A stretch of DNA of 64,000 nt, from the NCBI RefSeq assembly GCF_038025025.1, contig NW_027117346.1:1116001-1180000 (forward strand), written 5' to 3'. This document shows, one piece after another, positions 53,468-64,000 of the stretch. The notes under the pieces are model-generated. The model was not told where the DNA came from. It was given only the letters and a program-made list of their open reading frames with translations, and did not search any database. Within the stretch, counting starts at the first letter, position 1. Each line of letters starts with the position of its first letter. Position numbers and translations under genes: made by a program. This DNA comes from Phyllosticta citribraziliensis (lineage: Eukaryota).

Positions 53468-53625
53468 GCGGGAGTGGCCTAGTGGTTAAGGCGCTGCTTT
53501 CCCATCATTTGGTTTCGCCTCTAAGCGAAAGAGACAAGCAGAAACCGCGAGGTAAGTGCCCGCCTTCCGCATGGGGATGAATGTCGGCTAACGGGCGCTC
53601 TACAGTTCGAATCTTGCCTTCCGCA
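53468..53625 (+). tRNA. tRNA-Gly(CCC) gene with two intervening sequences: a canonical 37/38 intron (53505-53535) and a spliceosomal-type GT-AG insert at 53/54 (53552-53605)
   Basis: Acceptor GCGGGAG/CTTCCGC + A73; D stem GCCT/AGGC with loop AGTGGTTA; anticodon stem CTGCT/AGCAG with CCC at 53501-53503; T stem GCGAG/CTTGC with loop TTCGAAT. The three exons sum to 37+16+20 = 73 nt. G1-C72, C2-G71, G3-C70 and A73 fit eukaryotic tRNA-Gly. Confidence 0.88.
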
Positions 53626-53629
53626 CATC

Positions 53630-53635
53630 TTTTTT
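53630..53635 (+). terminator. RNA polymerase III terminator (T6) of the tRNA gene
   Basis: TTTTTT begins 5 nt after the discriminator base, followed by a second T5 run. Confidence 0.8.
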
Positions 53636-54125
53636 GGCTTTTTGACGGCTGGAAAAGTGACTGGGGAGAGGGGGCTCGTTCAAGGTGTTTCTTCTGTCCG
53701 GATTATCATTTTGGTCTTTGAGATAGCGGAGGGTTTAGAAGCTGCAACCGAGTGAGCCACAACGGGAGTAGAGAAGAAGCCTACAGGTGGGAAACTAGAA
53801 CAACTGCTTCTTTTCGTTGTCTCGTAGAGGAGCTCATCACCAGGAGAGGGAATATTTGGTAGTCTTCGGAGGCAGTCCATTTGGTTTTTTGGGACGCCGT
53901 TTGATCCAATGGCGATGACGGACGGGGTTTTTCTTCGTCTTCCTCCTCCTCTAATGCAGTATATCTGTTAAGACCCCTTTTGAGTTTCGCGGCCCAGGTA
54001 GAAAGCTCTTCACACCCCATCCAGCAGCCCCCGCCTCTTCTCAGGTTTTCATGCCGTGGCATCCATGGAGCCCAAAAGAAATGGAGTAGCAACGTCCCTC
54101 TCACACCACACCCTCTCTTAATCCT

Positions 54126-54785
54126 CTACTCCCTCTGCAACACAACCGTCAAGCCCATCAAGCCCAGCATGACCGTCTTCAACCACGGGTACTCGCTAAG
54201 CAGGATCGTCACGTATCCGACCCACGGGATGAAGCCAAATACGCTGCCAATGACGTCCTTTTCGCGGTTCAAAAACGACTGGCCGCGCGCGTACAGCTCC
54301 GTGTCGTCGGCGACGTTGTTGTCGCCCTTGGTCAACAGGCGCAGAGGGTTGGGTCTAGGTACGTCAGTTCATGGTTCTTCAGCCAGCCGACTCCAATCCA
54401 CCACTGTTTCTCCCCCTCCATTCTCCTCTCCGTCTTTGCAGCGACCCAAGAAAAGAAGGAAAGCAGGCCCAACTCACCCTCCTCCAAACCTCCTCACGAC
54501 GCGATGCACAATCGGAATGTCCTTGCCGCGCACGTTGTACACGACGACCTCGCCAATCCGCGTGTCCATGGCCCGATTCCACAGGAACAGCAGGTCGCCG
54601 CGCTGGAACGCCGGCTCCATGCTGCCCGACAGCACCACGACGATCGGCGACGGCGAGTTGGTGGCCACCGACAGCCCCTTCCACAGCATGAACGCCGTGC
54701 TGAGCACCAGAGCGAAGTTGAGGATCTGCGCCGCGATCTGCCGCGACTGCAGCCCCGCGAGCGGTCCGAGCAGGTCGTTGAGCAT
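54126..54785 (-). CDS. SEC11: Signal peptidase complex catalytic subunit
   Basis: [40 protein letters not shown]. Intron 54477-54355. Confidence 0.95.
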
Positions 54786-55403
54786 CGTATCGTGGGCCTG
54801 GTTGCCGTGGTTTGCTTTCGTGTCGTCGCCGAGGGCGGTACGCGCGCGTTCGTTGCGATGGAAGAGGCGACTAGTCGGGCAGAGATGCGTGGGCCAAAAC
54901 TTGGCGAGTGGATTTACGGAGCTGCTCGGTGGGCAGGTGTGTTGGTCGATTGGTGTGTCTTGTGTGTTCGGCCGGCGCGGCCGTCAACGCTGTGGAATTG
55001 ATGAAGCCAGGTGTTGACAAGGGTAGCTCGGTACAGAGGTAGGTGCGCAGGGCAGCGCCGCCGCGGCGGAGATCCCCGCCAAGAGTTACTATGCCTTTAA
55101 ATACTCGCGGCGTCAAGAAGCCATTTGCAAAGACTGTTGACCTTGAACAGTGTCAATTGGTGCTAAATTCACTTTTGAATTTCTCAACGCTCTACAGTAC
55201 AGTCCACTGCTCCAGTTTCCGTGTTTGACGTCCTTCCCTTAAAGAGGCCCTCATGATCGATGCAAAGGTATCTTTTGCCCCTTCCTCGTCCAATATCTAA
55301 CCACCCACCGCAAAAATTAAAGCCCTAGGGCGCCAGGCTTTCCTTGCTTCGTTTCGAGGCCAAGTAAAAGACATTCGCCAGGCGTAGACAGAACCAAAAA
55401 TCA

Positions 55404-57840
55404 TTACTCAGAACCCGGGTTGCGGAAGTTGGCAACGAGGTTCGTGTATTGATGCGTCAACTCTAGCACGTGCTGCGGTAGGCTCGTTCCCTGAATGATG
55501 CTGCGGACCTTCAATGTTCCCTCTTCTTCGATGAGCCTGCGGATCATGAAGAGCAGCGACGGGGAGAACTGTTGCCATGTCAGAAAGCTCAGCGCAGATT
55601 TTGCTATTTGCCAACTTACCTCGGAGTACCACCTGTATTGCCAGCAAACAAGGCGGATGAGAGCTCCGAGCATCATTCTGATGTTGCCCTGCTGCTCGTA
55701 CAATTTCAACATGCCCCGCATAGCCTTGGGCGAGAATTTGATGTTAAGACACGCCTGGTAGGCTTCCACGGCCTCATCATCGTGGTGCAGCCTCTCTGCG
55801 AGCTCGCCGAGAATCTCCCACTCCTCAGGGTTTTTCTTGTACAGCAATTGCTGCTGACGGTACTGCGCCATCTCAGTTCTCCAGATGGTGTACACGCGCA
55901 AGTCTTCGTAGAGAACCATGAAGAGGTTATCGAGCCAGCGCTCGCAGAGGCGCTTGTTGTGAAACTGTGTGTACTGGTTGTGGGAAGGATCAGGCTCGTC
56001 ACTTCCGGCCTTGACTTCTTCTGAAGCAACAGTATTGGATGGTTTCTCCAAGGAATTCCCAGCCTCATTTGCGTCACTCTTGGTCTCTCCGTCTGGTGTA
56101 GGCTCGCCATTCTCTCCATCGCCATGGCCATTGGTTTGCGGGCTCGGAGACCTTATCGCGCTAGTGCTGGCATTCCGGCTTGGAGGGGGCTGCGGTTGTT
56201 GCGTCACCGCCTGCTTCTCGTGTCGATATTCCTCCTCCATGACAAAGACTTGGCTTCGTATCCTCAACAGTTGGTCCCATCCAATTTTCTTGGTTATCTT
56301 GGTAAGAAGCATGTAAGCCTTCAAAAAGGTTCCTCTGAAACCCGCAGCGTGAAGCTTCTTCAATGTCGGGTGGACTGCATCGACATCATTGGGACCGGTG
56401 CTATCGTCGATTTCATCGCACACGCTCTCGGGCATGAGAGGAAGGTTGATCTTGAATGGCTCCGGTATGCGAGGTGCGTCTTTGTCTTGATAGGTGAACA
56501 TTGGGCAGGAATTGAGGGTCAGAAGCGCGAGATCCCATTGCTCCAGGCTGACATAAATCTCGGCCAATCTAGCCCAAGTGCTGAACTCACTTGGCGCAGA
56601 CACAACACTCCTCTTCGCAATCTCCAGCGCCATATCAGCGCGTCCCTTCTTGTTGAGAAAATCAGCCTGGCAATCCAACAGAGAATAGTCCATGGGGAGC
56701 TCCTGGATCGCGTCGTGCAACAGCTGAACAGCCTTGACTTCTTCGTCGGCCGAAATGTAGACTCGGGCGAGCAGTGATGAAATTTCCGGGTCTCGGGAGC
56801 GAAGCTTTTCGAAAAGGTTGATTCCCGACGCGTAGCGGCCGCTGGTATGAATATAATTGAGAAGGCCAGTCGTCAGGTGGTTGGAAACGAGGTTTGGAAC
56901 CTGGATTTCTGGATCGGAACCGAGTTGCCAGCCTAGAATGTGTCAGAATTGAAGTGCGGCCAACTGGGACTGGGGCAGACCATTGAAGAAGAGCCGCTCA
57001 GCGGCATCCAAAAATTTGTGCTCGGCCTCGGTGCTTGTGATGGGGTTGAATCTTCTGACTCCGATGATCTTCTTGATTTGGTCGCCCGAGCCGTCATCTG
57101 CGTACGAATATGCCCGCAGCACGCTGCAAAGATACGTCTCAAGCCACAGCTCATCTGACGCAACGCGCTTCTCTCCCCGCTCATCGATGCAGTAGCTCTC
57201 CACCGTTCCGGGAATCGCTACCTGGACACGCATGTCCAGCCGTGAAAAGGCATTGTAACAGCTTGATCCGTCAGCTTGGATCCACGTAGGCTTCGGTGAT
57301 GTTTTACCAGTATAGTCCAGAGACGACCTTGTGGGTTTTGTCATTTGGGGAGTAGGTCAAGGTGTTTATGTAGGCTGCAAGACTTGCGGACGAGGAGGCA
57401 TCGACGCCGGTTATGTGGTGGTATACTCCGGCCTGTACGTTGGTTAGCCCGGCTGCCTAACCCAAGCGTGATTTGCGCCTAATGGAAGATCGAGTCGACG
57501 GACCTTGTTCGCAGACCCCTTTTGCTGTTTTACTAGGTGGACCAAGTCAGGAGGACCCAATTCACGCAGGGTCTGCAAGCTTTCTGTGCGGAGATCGACG
57601 ACGGATTGTATGTCGTCCTCATAGATCCTGAGAGAAGACACGTCAGCATGATAATCGCAATTGAGGACCCAACTGGCATTGACGCCGACAGCCACAAAGT
57701 ATGAGGATATTTCAATGGGAGGTCAAATTCGAGCGACGGCAGTATCCAATGCATGCGCGAGAGGTGCTGACGGCGGGGGCTGCATAGCTGGCCAGTAAAC
57801 GGGATTTGACCTACTCGGGGACCGCTGGTTGAGGAACCAT
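55404..57840 (-). CDS. ChAPs-family exomer cargo adaptor (Bch1/Bud7)
   Basis: MVPQPAVPE|IYEDD, LRELGPPDLVHL, YHHITGVDASSSASLAAY, CYNAFSRLD, ALLTLNSCPMF, KRLCERWLDNLFMVLYEDLR. Five introns inferred. Confidence 0.9.
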
Positions 57841-58141
57841 GGCTGTCGGGCAGAATGGTGTGTTTGAGCGTTGCTATAGCGGCAGCATCAATTATCGACG
57901 GAGCTGTTTAGACGAGATGGAGGGAGAAGACGAGAGACGTCCAGGCGCATTGCTGTTGAAGGTCGCAGCGCAGCTCCGCCGTCCTGACCTGGAGCCCCCA
58001 GCCCGGCAGGGCGTGCACGGGCCGCAACGCCGACGCGGGAGCTGCGCATCATCCCTCCGGCCCAGATCCACCTCACTCTACACGTTCACCGCGGCACCCA
58101 ACCCCACATCCAGCCCTCGGTTTGGATCGTGGGCGCGCACA

Positions 58142-61100
58142 ATGGCAAGTTCTTCCCTCTCAAGTCGCTTTTCCAGCTTCAACTGACGCGTAACGCGACG
58201 CAGTCGGCCTTCAAAGCGCTCAATATTGAATCTGACGTCGAGTCTGATGATGAAATCGACAACACCAAGGAAATCCAGATTGAGGAAGCTCTGAAGCTCT
58301 ACCAGACGGCGCTCAAATACCACTCGGAGGGACCTCGTTCTTTCAGTCAAGCTGCGGAAGCCTACAAGGCCCTATTTGAATCCGAAATCTTCAACTACAC
58401 CGAATCATTGTCCGAATTCCGCCGCAGCGCTCTCCATGGCGACCCCGACTTCGACTTGCTCTTTCAAGAAGACTTCGATGCCGGTCCAGTGCAGGCAGCA
58501 GGCGGCGCAGACTCGGCTCCCAATACACTGCCCCAGATCCTGCACCTCTCATACAAAAATCACGGACAATTCTTGTTGGAAGCGCTTCATCATGAGCTGG
58601 GAACCTCTCAGCTATCGTCCTCATCAGACGCTCCGTTGCAACTCTTCGCCGAGGCTCTGGATAAAGATGATACGGATCTAGACCTGTGGTCGCGGGCTGC
58701 CTCAGTGGCCGCATTGGCAGGCAGTAGCAGGATCACAAGGTTTTGCCTTGAGGCCGTTCTCGAAGGCGACGACGAGGGCCTGGACAGCATTATGAGGCTT
58801 CCTGGACTAGAAGAAGGATTTGCGGGCCAACAACTTCGAGAATTAGTGGAAAAATTAAAAGATGAACTGTCTCTCGCGCTGGCGCCACTTTCCGATTTGC
58901 GACGGAAGCGACTTTCAGCTGCAATAAAGAAGCGTCTGGCCCCTCTTACTTTTGCTCCACTCCCGGCCGAAGTGCAATTGCGCAAAAAGCTACAAGACGC
59001 GTTTGACAGCCCACCTTTTCAAGTCACCTTGACCCCAATATCAGCCACCTGGGCTCACGTCGGCGATGCCATATTGACCGAATACATTCAAGGGCTCCAA
59101 CAGCAAACAGAAACAGGACCTGGTGCATTAGTGGCACTCCAGCTTTCAGCCCACGAGTCTGTCCCCGTCAACCGCCCTGGAGGCAAGCCAGAAGCGAAGC
59201 AGGATTTTCAAGATGGCGACGGTCAAGACACGAAAGAGCAACTCCAAACAATAGCGGCCGCAAATGGGGACAGTGAGATGAAAGATGCCGGGGACGACAC
59301 ACGGACTTCAAAACCCGCAGCGGCAACAAACGGCCATGGCGCAGCGATCGATCAATCAGAGAGGCCAGGTGGTCCTTCCAGGAAGCGCTCAACTGAGTCT
59401 GCCGGCCTGGCTGAGACAGCTGACAGTGGTCGCGTCAGGAGCAAGAGGATACGGGCACGTGAATCCGTTGGGGATAGCGTGCTCGGCACCGTCCCTGACA
59501 CATCTCACCAGTTCTATGAGTCGGATATTACTCAGTACGAGCAGGCAGATGACTGGCTCTTTGAGATCACTGGCGAGATTCTTGCAAAGTTAGGCATCAA
59601 TAGCCTGGGCTCCCCCAGAAAGCTGCGAGATGTGCTTCGGAGTCAAGGCGAATTCGAAGAGTCTCGAAACGCCAGGTTGGACATTGCCGCGAAGGATCTT
59701 TATTCGGTCCTCCAAAACTGCACACCGCAAGCAGCAGCCATCCTTACAAGCGGAGATTCAATTGACTTGCTGGGTGGCGCTTCACGCGAAGCAGGCCTAA
59801 ACGCGTTCCTTGGCTATACCAAGTCCCCGGGCGCGAATTCCTCGACCGGACCCCTTCTCGTTGATGAAGGATTGCTGGCTTGGTCGCAAGGTATCGAGAC
59901 TGGTCGTCCAGCCAAGGAACTGCTATGGTCATGGTTGCAGGCTATGATGAGATCTGATGGCATGTCGACAAATAGATACCAGACGGACCAAAGGTCCAGC
60001 TATTTGCGTCACCAGTGGTCCGAGGATCTGAAAAGAATCGTCGTCCAAGCGATTGTCAACGCCGATGATCTTATCTACCAAAGGCTCTCAGAGGAAACTG
60101 CAAGGCTGGATTCGAGACTTCTACAAGCCCAGGCCTCGAAAAAAGGTATTGAACTTGACGAGCAGGAAACGTCTATGATTGAAATGGTTCAATCGGTTTT
60201 TGAATTGCACCTCGATGTGTACTCCTTGATCAGACATCCAACGTCGAGCGTGGACATTTCGACCCAGACTTTGCAGCGAGAACGACTTGAAAGGTGGGTC
60301 TTGCTTGCCCGCGACGCCATTGCCTACCGTTCAAGCTGCAAGAAAACTTCAAGCATTGACGAGTTGGATTTCCGACATCTCTGGTCTTCCATTTTCCATC
60401 TCAGCGTCTCCGAAGACACGTCTCAGGATTACATCGTTGCATGCATCGAGGAGTTGAAGACCATTGCCGGCCTTCTTGATATTCCAGTGGTACATTTGCA
60501 AAACAACGCAATCATGCCCGAGCTTTCAGTCGACGCGGCCCAGCGTGAATTGACCAAGATTAACATGAAGGACGCATTCATGAAAGTCTTCCAGCAAGAC
60601 GAAAATGATCCGGTCACTGTCATTGAAAGCCTGGAGCCGATATTGGAATCATCGTGTCAAGGAGACTCTCAGCAAAATAATCGACATTCTGGCAGATTGG
60701 AAGTCGCAGACAGCCAAGACGACTTTGATAACTCCTCGCAACAATCTGATCTGGGTGACAAGAACGAGCAGACGGCAGCCCAAGTCAGGCCTGGTCCTTT
60801 GCAGGCCATGATCCAATTCGTCTCCAACGCCAACGTATCGTTGCGTCTTTCATTGTGGCAACGTCTTCGGCAGGCATACGATGCAATCGACTATCCTCCA
60901 AAAGTTGTTTCGTGCTACTTGCGTAGTGTCGAGATACTCGTCGAGGACGTGAAGAGCGCGGCTTACACCGAAGATGCTCCAGAGCAGAGGTCAGCTGAGC
61001 TGCTTAAATGGCTTCGCATCATCGACGAGATTTTTGTCAAAATCCTCAAAAATTTTGGGTTGGAAAACATGTTCGAGTGCATTGACGAGGCTCACATGCG

Positions 61101-64000
61101 TTCGTCTTTGAACGCCATAGGCGAATTGCTCTGGCTTCTCAACACGACTAACGTCTACGAGGACCTGGTCCGAGTCGGTCAGCTCAGTCAACCCACGTTG
61201 GAAGGCCGACCTAGCCCTGTGCATCATACAGTTCTGGCCAAGCTCCACGAGATTCAGCTTCGTGGCTGGATGGTTCAGTGGCTTCTCCTAGGCGACGCAA
61301 TGGAGTCCAACCCAGAGTTGTTTCCGAATCCGAATGAGGACAAGTTTGAGTATCTTCGCCACCTGCACCATGCCTCTGGTGTTCGAGGATTCTGCGCTGC
61401 TTCAAACAAGCTTCTTCTCAGGGTCACGAAAGATCAGCTTTTGCGCTGGTTCAAAGACGGTGAAATCGCGGATGTTGATACGCGAGACACGGTGCTCTGC
61501 CAGGTCCTCTACGACTTATACAACTTGTTTTGCTTCACAAAACCAGCAGACAAGGCTGACCATCCCAGCGAATATGATCCGATGGATCAGAAAGCTGCTC
61601 TAAAGCTGCTCGATTTTGTCATGTACCAGACGCGTAAAGTAAGCCTCAAAGACTTGCACAAGACGCAACTTGGTGCTTCAATCGACGTGGTACATGGCCA
61701 TCTTGCCCGAACCAAGCCAGCAGGGGCCGACGATCTTGCGTTCAACAGGTTGAAGTACATGTCGTTCATCAAGTCGCCCATCAGAGATACCGACCTATAC
61801 CGCTGCGCAAGGGGCGTCGGGGCACTATCGACAAAGCCAATAGCCTCCAAAAACGCTCGGATCGCATCAAAAGGATGGTACTTTCTCATGGGCAGCCTTG
61901 CGCTGAACCGTTTCAGGTCCCAGAATCAGAAGCGACAGGCTCCCGTTCCCACAGAAGATCTCAACATTGCTTCGGCGTTCTTTGTCCAAGACCTAGAGTA
62001 TGATTCTGAGCGCTGGGAGACTTGGTACTTGCAAGCGCTCTCATACGACTACCAAATCGATGAGATGGTGGCGTGGTCGGCTGAGAAAGTCAACAGAAAT
62101 GACCCTGATTTAATACAACACCAGAGGGCAGCGATACATTGCTACGCAATGGCAGTGGCCACGGCTATCCGACACGCGGACTCTTCCGACAGAACCCAAG
62201 ACAAATTGGCGCAACTCTATGCCGACTATGGCATGAGAATGTATGCATCTACGAGGGATCCGTTTGCAATGCAGGTGTTCGCTTTCAAGGAAGCCGAGAC
62301 CAGGTTCTTCAGCAAGCATCAGGTTTTGAGGGAGGCCCCATTCAAGCCCATGTCCGAATATTCGGCCTGGAATTTCGCTGCTGGACTGTTCCAAAGGGCA
62401 ATCAATCGCAGGCCCGACTACTGGCTCAATTACTACATGCTGGGCAAGTGTCGTTGGAAAATTCAACACAGGGTCTATCATTCCCACCTCCAGGTCGCGA
62501 CTGAAGCTACTCTGAATGCGTTCAAACGAGCTATAGAGGAGCTTCCAGAAAAGAGGGGGTCAAGGGATGCAATCCTCGAGCCACATTACAAGCTGCTATC
62601 GGTGCTCCACAAAATGGTCCACGCGAAAGACGGACATATGAGGTCGCCATACCACGCCATGGTAGATCTTCAGATCACGCCCTACGCGAGACAGGTCCCC
62701 ATGCCTCTTTCCAAACATAGTCATATTATGGAGGGTGATCACGAGGCATGGGACGACTACTGTCTCAAGGTGTTGAAGGTCATTCGGCAGGCCGACAAGT
62801 CCAACTGGCATCACAGAATGACCGCAAGGGCTGCCCAGATCCAGTATGGCGATCCACGACCAGAAGAAGCCTTCATGTCGGCCCTCGCCGCCAAGACTGA
62901 GCTCACACAGCAAATATTCACCAAAACAATGCAGCTACAAGTATGGAAGCCAGAGTACGAGCGTTTGGGTCGTCATTTTGTCTACACCACACGCTATACG
63001 ACATTCTTCATCGAGCTGCTAGCTCAGACAAATGACAGAGCAGGAATGGAGGCACTGGCCAAGAGAGTGAGACGACGAAATCACGAATTCTACCAGCACG
63101 CAAGACTTTGGCAGTCTCTGTGCCAAACCTATCTCAAGGTAAGTGTCTACCCCCAAAGGCAGACCTCTTTTGTTTCTAACATTGCTCGTAGATGCTTCGA
63201 AAAGCTGCAAAGATTCCCGAAGGCCATGAGGATGCTGTCTTCAAGGCCATTAATCACGAAGAATGGCTCTTCTGGGCCGGCAAACTCGAAGTGTGGTGTC
63301 GAACGCAGGGACACACGTCGCCTGTCTATGAGGTCCTCACAGAAGCCATCGAGCTTCGGCGCTTGAACAATAACCTCATGAAGGCAACGCTGATTGACGA
63401 CCTCATTGGCGACACCTACGCACTGCTGTACCAACAGGTCGTGCCGGAACTGATGGCCGAATCTGGTCCTGCTCCCACATCTGAAACAACGCAGCCTCAA
63501 ACTGGTGCTCTGGCAGCTCCTGAGCGGACCAACATGATGTCCATGCACAACATTATGAACATGGACGGAACTTCGGATCCTCAGGGACAAAACCCAGCAT
63601 TCCATGTCTTGAACCTGCAGTCCTCGGCACAGCCGCAGCCAACACCAGCGGAACCCCCCACGACAACAGCCGGTCCCAAGACCCGGGTTAAGGGTGTCGG
63701 GCGTCGAGAGCTCATGCGCAAAGCTGATGCCGCCGTCACCCGTCCAGCCGCTGCTGCTTCCACAACAACCATTCCCATACGCGCAACGCCGACACCAAAG
63801 TCGGTGCCGCCCGCAGCTGATGCCACTGCCGGTGCAGCTGAGGATCGGGAAAAGGTTAAGGAGGAGCCAGAAGCAGAAGGCGAAGCAGAGGTAGAGGGCG
63901 AGGCAGAGGCCGAAGCCGAAGGCCAGGACGAGCAGCAAGAAGCCGCGCAGGAGACGGCAGAAGAGGGGACGCAGGAGGAGACGGAGACGGGGACCGGCGC
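58142..64000 (+). CDS. HIR3: Histone transcription regulator 3 (HIR complex; Cabin1-like), 3'-truncated by the window
   Basis: M|SAFKALNIE..DNTKEIQIEEALKLYQ, LYKNHG-like SYKNHGQF, ILEPHYKL, DKSNWHHRM, QVWKPEYER.GRHFVYT. Introns 58145-58203 (GC-AG) and 63139-63191. The frame is still open at the window end. Confidence 0.9.

Noticed and set aside
53980..55017. 345-aa + strand ORF, and similar long antisense ORFs over NAG1, MGM101, FGGY and HVA22
   Set aside because: These are shadow ORFs opposite real GC-rich genes and have no recognisable motifs.
58129..58203. ORF-track start of HIR3 at 58129
   Set aside because: It is a GTG reading through an intron; the ATG at 58142 plus the GC-AG intron gives the family-typical N-terminus.

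Overview
Eukaryotic, intron-rich fungal DNA (Pezizomycotina-type GT..CTRAC..YAG introns of about 50-250 nt; Dothideomycete-like, but the taxon is an inference). About 22 protein-coding genes can be built by hand: an ankyrin-SPRY gene end, ARP6, a CYP52, a GPI-anchored CFEM-like protein, two RING proteins, a Ca2+/H+ exchanger, a contiguous six-gene GlcNAc catabolism/sensing cluster (NAG1, NGT1, HXK, RON1/NDT80, NGS1, DAC1; 18.5-36.8 kb), cytochrome b2, an atypical Rab, EMC10, an FGGY kinase, MGM101, an HVA22/REEP protein, TANGO2/NRDE, SEC11, a ChAPs (BCH1/BUD7) gene and the 5' part of HIR3. The most striking element is a tRNA-Gly(CCC) gene at 53468-53625. It has the usual 37/38 tRNA intron plus a second 54-nt insert in the T-arm with complete spliceosomal signals (GTAAGT / GCTAAC / TACAG). 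Removing that insert restores a normal 73-nt cloverleaf. The insert also carries a second copy of the tRNA 3' end, can fold end-to-end into a hairpin, and its terminal AG rebuilds the Pol III B box. Other oddities are an 11-copy, roughly 33-nt degenerate repeat array beside the GlcNAc cluster, a 7-nt microexon, a start codon split by an intron, two GC-AG introns, and a six-cysteine CFEM domain. All calls come from manual reading; no searches were run.
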